This document shows, piece after piece, positions 56,925 to 64,000 of a stretch of DNA of 64,000 nucleotides. The translations under genes were made by a program, and so were the position numbers. The stretch covers positions 21,604 to 85,603 of the forward strand of contig PBCP01000084.1 in assembly GCA_002717145.1 (NCBI GenBank), read 5' to 3'. The DNA comes from Planctomycetaceae bacterium (lineage in GTDB: Bacteria > Planctomycetota > Planctomycetia > Pirellulales > Pirellulaceae). The notes beneath the pieces are model-generated. The model was given only the letters and a program-made list of their open reading frames with translations. It searched no databases and was not told the origin of the DNA. Position 1 is the first letter of the stretch. Every line of letters begins with the position of its first letter.

Positions 56925-58415
56925 CTAACCACCTGTATAGTCTTCGAACCGAAAAATGTCTCGACCGTATCTGGCAACCGGATTAAGGATTTCCTGGATG
57001 CAGATTGTTGCGATTTCGACGTCGTCAAAATAATAGGTGTCTTTCCCAACGCGATCAGATTTGTCCGCTCCTTTTCCGGCCACTAGAACGGTATCACCAG
57101 GCTCAGCCATCGTAATTGCGAAACCGATTGCACGCTCTCGACCAGGAATGACGTAGGCATCAGCCGAACGATTGTAACCATCGATCACGTCATGGGCTAT
57201 CGCCAGCGGATCTTCATATTCCGGGTGGTTTTCAGTGATAATTGAGACGTCCGCGAATTTTTCGGCTACTCGGCCCATCGCGGACCGTTGTTCAGGTGTA
57301 TGGCTAGCGGAGGGCCCGTAAACCACGATCAGTCTCCCGGTTGTAACCTGCCTCAAAGCGAGCACGGCCTTGTTCAGGTCACGTGAAGTATTGGCATGGT
57401 CAACGTAAACATCAAACGGTTGCCCAAGCGAAATACGTTGAAGTTGCCCTGGCGAATTTTCATAAGATTGTAAAGCGAAGCACAAAGAACGAAATGGCAA
57501 ATCTAAAAGCAGGCCAATCGCGATCGCTTGTAAACAATTAAATACGTGTTGGTGGCCGAGGATTGGGGAGAAAACTTCCATTTGGTCATCACCAGCATGG
57601 ACTCGAAAGGTTTGACCTGCGCGTCCATGCTCAAGATGTTGAGCCCAAACGTCTGATTCTTCGTTTTGACCAACGGATAAAAAGGCGCGGTCACCCGGTA
57701 AGAATTCGAACCGCGTAACAGGATCCGCAAAATTAAGTACGGCGACGCCCTGTTCACTAAGGTGGTTAAACGCCCGTCGATAACTACTCTCGTACCCGCA
57801 TTGAGTACCATCAAACTCAGATTCGTCCTCTTCGACGCCTGTAATTACAAGGTAATCGATTGTCAGCGTATCAAAAACACGCGAGGCAAGTTGCTCTGGT
57901 GTCAGTTCGACGATTGCATATTCGACATCGCGAGAGGCGAGTTCTTTGAGCGACTGTGTTTGAGCTAGGAATGCCTCTTGTGGCGTCCCAGAGGTATCCC
58001 CAAGTATCAACTCACAGCGGAGGTCAAGTGCGCAAAGAGTGTGTTGTAGTAGAGTAGCGGTGGACGTTACTGCTGTACTGCCAGTGACGGCGATAGTAAC
58101 CAGATTCGAATCAGTATCGCCATATACAATTTGGCTTAGTTGGGAAAAGGCGGTTCTCGTGTCGTCAACAATAAACAGCGGGGATTGAGTCGGTAAGAGA
58201 CGTTCTGCCAAAATACCGACGGCTCCGTTTTCGAGGGCGAGATTGAAATCGTGATGACCATCACCGTCGGCGGTGACGATGGCGATGTAAAGGTCGCCTG
58301 CAGAGCAGTCTGTAGCGTCCGTTGAAATCCGCGTAAACTCAATTTCGCTCGAGTTAATCGACTTTGACTCGGGTAGGTGATCGCTAAGATTGAATATTTG
58401 TGGAGCCGATTCCAT
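56925..58415 (-). CDS. MurE-like Mur ligase homolog with substituted catalytic motifs (predicted pseudoenzyme)
   Basis: The full-length Mur ligase outline is present: ISTDATDCSAGDLYIAI..GDGHHDFNLALENGAVGILAE, IAVTGSTAVTS (58062-58085) in place of the GTNGKT P-loop, VDHANTS, ADVSIITENHPEYEDPLAI and DTVLVAGKGADKS. Confidence 0.8.
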   Translation of the reverse strand: MESAPQIFNLSDHLPESKSINSSEIEFTRISTDATDCSAGDLYIAIVTADGDGHHDFNLALENGAVGILAERLLPTQSPLFIVDDTRTAFSQLSQIVYGDTDSNLVTIAVTGSTAVTSTATLLQHTLCALDLRCELILGDTSGTPQEAFLAQTQSLKELASRDVEYAIVELTPEQLASRVFDTLTIDYLVITGVEEDESEFDGTQCGYESSYRRAFNHLSEQGVAVLNFADPVTRFEFLPGDRAFLSVGQNEESDVWAQHLEHGRAGQTFRVHAGDDQMEVFSPILGHQHVFNCLQAIAIGLLLDLPFRSLCFALQSYENSPGQLQRISLGQPFDVYVDHANTSRDLNKAVLALRQVTTGRLIVVYGPSASHTPEQRSAMGRVAEKFADVSIITENHPEYEDPLAIAHDVIDGYNRSADAYVIPGRERAIGFAITMAEPGDTVLVAGKGADKSDRVGKDTYYFDDVEIATICIQEILNPVARYGRDIFRFEDYTGG

Positions 58416-58498
58416 AACGCTCTGTAACTAGTGGTGATCGCTTGTTGAGTACGGCGTCCCTGCCGCGTAGCGGTAACTTCTCATGAATAGACGAGTGG

Positions 58499-58535
58499 TG
58501 TCAACGTCGATCTGTCAAGAATGTGGTCGTTGACA
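58499..58535. promoter_or_regulatory. Inverted repeat with third half-site in divergent promoter region
   Basis: TGTCAACG (58499-58506) and CGTTGACA (58528-58535) are perfect 8-bp inverted arms 21 nt apart. A third TGTCAA sits at 58513-58518. A TATAAT lies at 58578-58583, 30 nt before ATG 58613. Confidence 0.35.
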
Positions 58536-58612
58536 AAGAAGTCATGATTAGTCTTTTCGAAGATGTCTTAATCTCTTTATAATCCCCTCTTACCTGTCAT
58601 TTGGTAGTGAAT

Positions 58613-59455
58613 ATGATGTCCCTAAACAAACTAGTTATTGGTTTGCTAAAAACCAACACCGCTCCACTGCTGTTTCCGGCTGAAAGGCTTGTCGAACAGG
58701 GAGTGGAAGTCCGGGAGTTGGAAATAGGCGATGCTGCTCCCGATTGGTCCCGTGATCCGGATGTGCGGATGGTTATCATTCAACAATCACGACGTCGACC
58801 TTATTCAAACTCTACTTTGCAGAAACTAAGAAGACGCTTCCCGCTAGCTCTGTTTGTTTGTGTCAATGGCCGCTGGTTCGAAGGGGCGCAGAGAAGTGGC
58901 AGACCATATGCCGGTGTTATTCACGTCCGAGCATGTGAGGCTGTCTACCGCATCCAGCGGCTAATTAGCGGGTTTCGAGGAAAAGCGAATGTGATGGGCG
59001 AGTATCGTCCGCTGTTTTCTTCCAGAGAGTCACTCGATTGGTGGCTGAGGATCGGAGTGACCAGTGCTGTAAAACCGTCCTCTTCTGACGTGTACGTGTA
59101 TGGCCATCGAGACGCGACGGGGGGAATCTTCAGAGCATTTAGTAATGCAGGTTGGAATGTAGAGCAACGTTCTTTTAGGACAATAATGTATCTCAAGCCG
59201 GAGGATGTTGAAAAGATTCATAAAGGGCACGCAATCTTAGGGGTGGTGCGTGGTCGGGGGCAAGTGCGTCAATTAGTTCAGGCAAGCATCCTTCAGGAAT
59301 TTGACGTTTTAGTGGCCGACAATATTACGCGGCAAGAGCAGAAGAAACTTGACAAGCGTTTTCAATGTCAGGTGATTGCCAAGCCATTCCAAAACGATGA
59401 CTTAATTGAAGCCTTAGGCAATTTGCGTCGACGCGTCGTGGCAAAAGCAGGTTAG
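58613..59455 (+). CDS. Hypothetical protein with receiver-like C-terminal half lacking acceptor Asp
   Basis: ORF 58601-59455 trimmed to the first ATG. The C-terminal pattern DVYVYGH..FDVLVADN..VIAKPFQNDDLIEAL resembles the REC beta1/beta4/beta5-KPF layout, but there is no conserved Asp at the beta3 position. The domain call is tentative. Confidence 0.6.
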   Translation: MMSLNKLVIGLLKTNTAPLLFPAERLVEQGVEVRELEIGDAAPDWSRDPDVRMVIIQQSRRRPYSNSTLQKLRRRFPLALFVCVNGRWFEGAQRSGRPYAGVIHVRACEAVYRIQRLISGFRGKANVMGEYRPLFSSRESLDWWLRIGVTSAVKPSSSDVYVYGHRDATGGIFRAFSNAGWNVEQRSFRTIMYLKPEDVEKIHKGHAILGVVRGRGQVRQLVQASILQEFDVLVADNITRQEQKKLDKRFQCQVIAKPFQNDDLIEALGNLRRRVVAKAG

Positions 59456-59458
59456 CAA

Positions 59459-60730
59459 TTAACTGAGGGCTTCGAGAAGCGCTTTGCGCGTTAATTTAAG
59501 ATTCCGGTATTCTGGCGCAACAAAAACTCGCAATCGTTTGACATAGTGATCAAATTGGTCTGTCGCTAATGATTTGACAACTGGTGAAACCTCAGCTAGC
59601 TGTTTGGTTGTAACCGTGTGTTCATCGATGACATCCAGATTGAACTGTACTTCGAGCTGTTGTGGTGCGGCGTCGATGATGACTGCCTGCGGTGGAAGGT
59701 TAAGGCGATCGGCAAGTTTGTTAGAAGCGGCTACAAGATCCTCAAAGCCGTGCGTCCTGGCAGCAGAGTACAGTTCGGGGTCTGTGGAGGCATTGGTTTC
59801 GTATGTCGATTTATAGAGTTTACGTTTCGTACCAAAAAGACATTCAGCAATTCCAGTCGAATCTGAATTGCGCAATATTGACTGGAATTGAGGCTCTGTG
59901 GATATGATCAGTTGCTGAATGACAGGAGGTCGATCGCGGAGTGCGAATAAAGATCTTTGCAGCATGGAGGTGGCGCTGCGAACAGTGCGGTGCCAGTAGA
60001 CCTCTGAAAACATCACATATCTTGCGAAAACCATCATTTCCGTCGCAGTAAGCGCCTTGCTTGAAATCGACAATCGGTTGGACTCGGAGCAATAGCGTAA
60101 TCCGTTAATCAGTCGATTGCTATCAAAATTTCGTCCATAGGGGACGCCGGCATGAAGGCTGTCTCGTTGAAGGTAATCTAGCTTGTCGATGTCTATGGGG
60201 CTGGATAATAGGCGAAATAAAAACTGCTGAGCGTCGTTGGTTGCTTCGCCCTTTAAAAAATTTATTACAGCAACCGCGGGTATGGACCAATCTTTGGAAA
60301 TCAGACTGGAGATCTCGGGCGAAGAGATTGCGAGTTCTGCAAAATGTTCATGATGCGGAACCTGCGGTAACTGCATGTCTTCCATAGGATGGCAGTATGG
60401 CCAGTGGCCAATGTCATGCAGTAAAGCAGCCAGAATGAATATCTCTATTTCCTCATCGGATACGTCCCGGATAAAGTTGTCATGAGCCTGAAAATGTCGG
60501 ATGTATCGCAAGGCAAGGTGGTAGACCCCAAGGGAATGTTCAAACCGCGTATGCGTAGCTGATGGATATACAGTGCGTACAAATCCTAATTGAGGAATCT
60601 GCTTTAGTCGCTGAAAAGCCTCAGAGTCAATCAAACGCAAGACTCGTGAAGTAACAGGAATATCTTGCTGGAACGCAATCCGGATGAAAGAATTGCTACC
60701 TTCCAATGCCTTTAGTTCCTGGATAGCCAT
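59459..60730 (-). CDS. HD-domain phosphohydrolase (SAMHD1/COG1078-like dNTPase family)
   Basis: RFEHSLGVYHLA, AALLHDIGHWPYCH and IDIDKLDYLQRDSLHAGV. Confidence 0.85.
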   Translation of the reverse strand: MAIQELKALEGSNSFIRIAFQQDIPVTSRVLRLIDSEAFQRLKQIPQLGFVRTVYPSATHTRFEHSLGVYHLALRYIRHFQAHDNFIRDVSDEEIEIFILAALLHDIGHWPYCHPMEDMQLPQVPHHEHFAELAISSPEISSLISKDWSIPAVAVINFLKGEATNDAQQFLFRLLSSPIDIDKLDYLQRDSLHAGVPYGRNFDSNRLINGLRYCSESNRLSISSKALTATEMMVFARYVMFSEVYWHRTVRSATSMLQRSLFALRDRPPVIQQLIISTEPQFQSILRNSDSTGIAECLFGTKRKLYKSTYETNASTDPELYSAARTHGFEDLVAASNKLADRLNLPPQAVIIDAAPQQLEVQFNLDVIDEHTVTTKQLAEVSPVVKSLATDQFDHYVKRLRVFVAPEYRNLKLTRKALLEALS

Positions 60731-60739
60731 AGGAAATTC

Positions 60740-61426
60740 CTATTGAAGTATTACTGCCAGGTCACCGAGTATGAGACTATAGACGACAAGCGACCCGATA
60801 AATAGGCTCGTGTGAATGAGGCCCTGAGCGAATTCGAATTCAAGCAGCAGCATAGACAAAAAGGAAGCGACTACGGTTAACGCAATAGCAAGAACAAGGA
60901 CGCCCGGCAGAATGAGTCCATCCTCCAGCGTCAACGTTCCGTTCGTGATCATAACCTGGATGCGCCACAGGACTGCATAAAGTAGCCCAATCCCTGCAAC
61001 TTTCAGGATCGTCTTGCGGTCATTTACAATTTCCAATTCCGGATTCCGCAATACTATATAGCCAAGCAATGAAGTCCCGATACCGAAAAAGGAGCCGGCT
61101 AACCCTGAGATCAGAATACCTGGGGCGTTAGAATCATCGGGAATTACAAAGGTACCAGCGATAGCAACTGCAAGACCGAGCGTGAGCGAGACTAATGAGG
61201 CCAACAGTTCGAACTTATTGGCCGTTGTCTTGGTCCGTTTAATGGAATCCAGCTTGGCAGGTGCACCGCCCCTAGTGGTCTGTTTCTCATGGATAACTAC
61301 CACGTCCTCGAGCTTGGGGATCTCGATAATCGTTTTACATCCGGGGCAGGGCCCCTTTTTGCCAGCAAATTGGTCGCTAACCTGAAAGCGTTTATGACAA
61401 CCTGGGCATATGACATCAATTGCCAT
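60740..61426 (-). CDS. Zinc-ribbon membrane protein
   Basis: CPGCHKRF..CPGCKTII is a four-Cys ribbon at the N-terminus, followed by about five hydrophobic helices. Confidence 0.65.
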   Translation of the reverse strand: MAIDVICPGCHKRFQVSDQFAGKKGPCPGCKTIIEIPKLEDVVVIHEKQTTRGGAPAKLDSIKRTKTTANKFELLASLVSLTLGLAVAIAGTFVIPDDSNAPGILISGLAGSFFGIGTSLLGYIVLRNPELEIVNDRKTILKVAGIGLLYAVLWRIQVMITNGTLTLEDGLILPGVLVLAIALTVVASFLSMLLLEFEFAQGLIHTSLFIGSLVVYSLILGDLAVILQ

Positions 61427-61488
61427 AGCAGAACCTCAAAGTCAAAAGTGTTGAAATAGAGGCAATTAGTTTAACAGAAAACGAATCA

Positions 61489-61965
61489 TTAGTCGGCGGT
61501 TTCGACAACTTCTGTGACCTCAGTCGTCCCGATAATATCCTGAATGATGCTTTTCTTGTTGTAATTTGATGCGATCAGCATCACCATGACAACGCTGAAG
61601 AAAATGGGAAGTATAGGCCCGAGCGTCATGAGACGCATGAGCCATGTCCTGGAATTGCTCTTATCGGCTACTAAGCTAATTAATGAACAGAAAGAACTCA
61701 TGATTGTTATCAGGAGAATGATAACAGCGATATCAACGGGGAAATCGGCTGTACGATCAAATGTGAAAACCGTTTTTAAAGTGGAGCCCAACTCGAGTTT
61801 TCGGGCGACACCTTCTGGTGGTTCCTCAAAAACGCCCACTAGTAAGATGACAAGGACGGCACTCAAAAAGACAAGGAACGAACATATAGCCCATTCGCCA
61901 GTCTGTGTTCTGGTTTTCTCGCGAACCTGTTCTTCAAGCTCTAATTCATGGTCTTCGCTGGACAT
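61489..61965 (-). CDS. Small polytopic membrane protein
   Basis: 158 aa with an acidic N-terminus and three or four hydrophobic helices. I recognise no motif. Confidence 0.55.
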   Translation of the reverse strand: MSSEDHELELEEQVREKTRTQTGEWAICSFLVFLSAVLVILLVGVFEEPPEGVARKLELGSTLKTVFTFDRTADFPVDIAVIILLITIMSSFCSLISLVADKSNSRTWLMRLMTLGPILPIFFSVVMVMLIASNYNKKSIIQDIIGTTEVTEVVETAD

Positions 61966-62075
61966 GGCTTTTTCGGTGACTAGTATTCTGGAAAACTACA
62001 CTCATTTCTTGTTTTCGGCTTCATGGCCGAAGTTTGTTTAAGTCAATTGTAGAAACGGTAGGTTTCCAAGTCCAT

Positions 62076-62567
62076 TTATTGATCAAAAAGTAGATCATCT
62101 TCCGTGATGAGATTGAATCCCTTGTTGGTTAAGGTATCGACTGAAAGATCAATATTATCGACCATCAGGGCGACCACCGGCCGGCCGTGGGGTCGAGAGA
62201 ACAGAGGGTAGGTTTGGGTTATATTGATTTCCGCCTGCAACAGGGCTGTGCACACATTGAGTAGAGGCTGGTTGGTATCAGGAAGTTCGAGAGCGATGAG
62301 TTGACTTTCAATCATCGGGAGACCGGAGCGTTCAAGGATTTCACGGCCGGATTCGGGGTTACTAAGCAGGAATCTGCCAAATGCGCATTCAGTTGAGTCG
62401 TTAATCGATAATGCAAGAATGCGTACGTCAGAGCCCTCGAAGCGACGGATGACTTCCATTAGTTGGCCTACGCGATTCTCGAGGAAAATTGTGAATTGCG
62501 TGAGCGCAGGGTAGTCTCTCCCACGCATTGTTGTTAAATCGGTAAATCCATCTTCGCCAAAACTCAT
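62076..62567 (-). CDS. ACT-domain-like small-molecule-binding protein
   Basis: There are two beta-alpha-beta-beta-alpha-beta-like halves. The first, TQFTIFLENRVGQLMEVIRRF..VRILALSI, is typical of tandem ACT proteins. Confidence 0.65.
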   Translation of the reverse strand: MSFGEDGFTDLTTMRGRDYPALTQFTIFLENRVGQLMEVIRRFEGSDVRILALSINDSTECAFGRFLLSNPESGREILERSGLPMIESQLIALELPDTNQPLLNVCTALLQAEINITQTYPLFSRPHGRPVVALMVDNIDLSVDTLTNKGFNLITEDDLLFDQ

Positions 62568-62602
62568 TGGGGCTCGTCTTCAGAATGGAGTGAAATAGGG
62601 TA

Positions 62603-62625
62603 AAGTTATCTAATTACGATAACTT
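62603..62625. promoter_or_regulatory. Perfect inverted repeat in divergent promoter region
   Basis: AAGTTATC-taattac-GATAACTT, with 8-bp arms, lies between the ACT gene start (62567) and the thioesterase start (62673). Confidence 0.3.
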
Positions 62626-62672
62626 GCGATAAGCAAAAACCAAAGAACAAAAACCCACGAAGGTTAACGGCG

Positions 62673-63077
62673 ATGGAAAGTCACAAAATTGAGATACGAG
62701 TTCGCTATCAGGAAACCGATGGGCAGGGAATTGTGCATCATGCCAATTATTTGAATTACTTCGAGAAGGCTCGTATTGAATATCTGCGATCTATGGGCAT
62801 CAGCTACCGCGACGTTGAGGAGGCCGGGTTGATGCTCGTTGTTGCCGAAGTCGAGTTGCGTTATTTCTTGCCCGCTTACTTTGACGATTTGCTACAGGTT
62901 GAAACCCGGGTGGTTTCAACAAAAGGCGCAGCGATTATTCACGCATATAAAATCACTCGTGATGAGGAGTTGCTAGTGCAGGGCACTACGCGTGTCGGCT
63001 GCCTTACTAACGAAGGTAAGGTGACGCGAGTTCCTAAATGGCTTGGGGGCCGAGGCGGCTTCCCCTCTCCTAGTTAA
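62673..63077 (+). CDS. YbgC/4HBT-family acyl-CoA thioesterase
   Basis: IRVRYQETDGQGIVHHANYLNYFEKARIEYLRSMG is the hotdog-fold signature with a catalytic Asp. Confidence 0.88.
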   Translation: MESHKIEIRVRYQETDGQGIVHHANYLNYFEKARIEYLRSMGISYRDVEEAGLMLVVAEVELRYFLPAYFDDLLQVETRVVSTKGAAIIHAYKITRDEELLVQGTTRVGCLTNEGKVTRVPKWLGGRGGFPSPS

Positions 63078-63694
63078 AGATCGATATCGTTAAAGGTATC
63101 GAGAAGGGAGTCCAGCGCGTCCGTAGTTTCATTGGGCACCTGGCGTTTTGGCATAGGTCTAGTAGGGGGCGGAGCCGGACGGTCCGTGTCGGGAGACGTG
63201 TGTGTTTTAGCCTCCTCAGCGGTGGTTTTGTTTCGTTCTTGAATCGACTTCAAAATTGAACGTCTAGCATCAATCGGCTTGTTGAACTGCGATAAATCAA
63301 GGCATTGGATGGTGCGTTGAAGTGGGTCATAGTGACCGGCGGTGGCAAAGGGGAAGACAACTGGCCGATCATTGTAACTGCCGACTACCCCGGCCGACTC
63401 TAGCAATAATTTGGCTTGTTGGTCGGTGTACCAGGAAGCGAAGAAAAGATTGCCTCGGATTCCTTCAAGACATAATGCATCGGTGCTATCTTCTCTGATG
63501 TTTGCGATATCTCCGATGATGGACACCTCCAGGCCATCCTTCATCAAAAGAATGGCCACTAGCTCTTCTTCGAAATCGCGATGTTCCGTGGATGGTTTAT
63601 CTGTTTGTGAAAGTACGATGGCCAATTTTATTGTCTCGGTAATCAGTAGGTTTTGGTTTATGTTAGAAAGATCGCCTGCTGGAAGGAAGTCCAT
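63074..63694 (-). CDS. Hypothetical protein
   Basis: 206-aa ORF with a Pro-rich tail (DRPAPPPTRPMPKR) and an acidic C-terminus. I recognise no motif. Its stop overlaps the stop of the thioesterase gene. Confidence 0.55.
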   Translation of the reverse strand: MDFLPAGDLSNINQNLLITETIKLAIVLSQTDKPSTEHRDFEEELVAILLMKDGLEVSIIGDIANIREDSTDALCLEGIRGNLFFASWYTDQQAKLLLESAGVVGSYNDRPVVFPFATAGHYDPLQRTIQCLDLSQFNKPIDARRSILKSIQERNKTTAEEAKTHTSPDTDRPAPPPTRPMPKRQVPNETTDALDSLLDTFNDIDL

Positions 63695-63992
63695 TGCTGG
63701 TGGGTTTGGGCGTAAAAATAGAAAAATTGCCGAGACAAAGCCCCGTCAATGTTCCGGAGATGTTTGCAACTAAGTCAGTTAATTCACAGACCCGATTTGA
63801 AGTTGTGCTTTGTAGTAATTCAAGTAAGGCAGCAAGAGTCGCTGCGATGAGACTGGTTTTGATGGTTGGGTAAGGCCAATAGGATGCGAGAAAACCCCAG
63901 ATCAGAAAGATAAGCAGATGAGTGTAAAAGTCAAAATCTAATAGGAAGCTAATCACTGTAGGGATTATTGTTGAGTCTGTCGATTGCGGCAC
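63663..63992 (-). CDS. VanZ-like small membrane protein
   Basis: LLELLQSTTSNRVCELTDLVANISGTLTGLCLG matches the VanZ E..Q...R..D...N..G pattern. It has three or four TM helices. The GTG start at 63992 is uncertain. Confidence 0.6.
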   Translation of the reverse strand: MPQSTDSTIIPTVISFLLDFDFYTHLLIFLIWGFLASYWPYPTIKTSLIAATLAALLELLQSTTSNRVCELTDLVANISGTLTGLCLGNFSIFTPKPTSNGLPSSRRSF

Positions 63993-64000
63993 TGGAGTTA

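Noticed and set aside
59459-60730. The HD-domain dNTPase-like gene as a candidate anti-phage nucleotide-depletion defence gene.
   Set aside because: It is a single gene in a housekeeping or membrane-protein neighbourhood with no other defence or mobile genes nearby. COG1078-type HD hydrolases are widespread core genes.
1-64000. CRISPR arrays, IS elements, integrases, prophage genes, toxin-antitoxin pairs and rRNA/tRNA genes.
   Set aside because: Reading through the spacers and the ORF translations, I saw no regularly spaced direct repeats, no transposase, integrase or phage-structural motifs, and no tRNA or rRNA signatures. Absence is by eye only.

Overview
This 64-kb window is densely coding chromosomal DNA. 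Its gene content looks planctomycetal (Pirellulales-like): seven Cys-type sulfatase genes (one cut by the left edge), two Tat-signal DUF1501 proteins, giant PVC-type CxxCH heme-binding proteins and giant membrane Ser/Thr kinases. I call 45 protein-coding genes, including one weak 65-aa ORF. I saw no rRNA, tRNA, CRISPR array, transposase, integrase or prophage signature. Layout: 1-11142 holds a divergent sulfatase, then a plus-strand array of cupin, four sulfatases, a PhoD-like phosphatase and a PQQ-type propeller. 11145-17568 holds an FMN hydroxy-acid dehydrogenase, a 1200-aa DUF1080/propeller/HEAT/cytochrome c protein and DUF1501. 17576-26037 holds two giant kinase-fold genes. 26121-37353 holds a CE15-like esterase, a 1458-aa two-heme HEAT protein, a GYF membrane protein, an M24 peptidase, a membrane protein, a second DUF1501 and a 600-nt gap. 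37354-45378 holds an EF-hand esterase, two sulfatases, a LuxR regulator and a ThuA/FG-GAP/amidohydrolase operon. 45755-58415 is a 12.7-kb co-directional minus-strand array (MurE-like, MurF-N-like, SDR, Gfo-like membrane protein, HtrA, thiL, tsaE, addB, addA). 58613-63992 holds small housekeeping and membrane genes. The most notable observations are: (i) a start/stop-overlapping giant kinase plus pseudokinase pair; (ii) an intact but catalytically gutted murE-like gene followed by a murF N-domain-only ORF; (iii) a 600-nt gap with an SD-preceded 65-aa ORF and two abutting perfect palindromes. I did not find a convincing new multi-gene defence-type system. All homology calls are by-eye motif recognition without database searches, and start codons are often uncertain because the ORF track uses the longest ATG/GTG/TTG extension.
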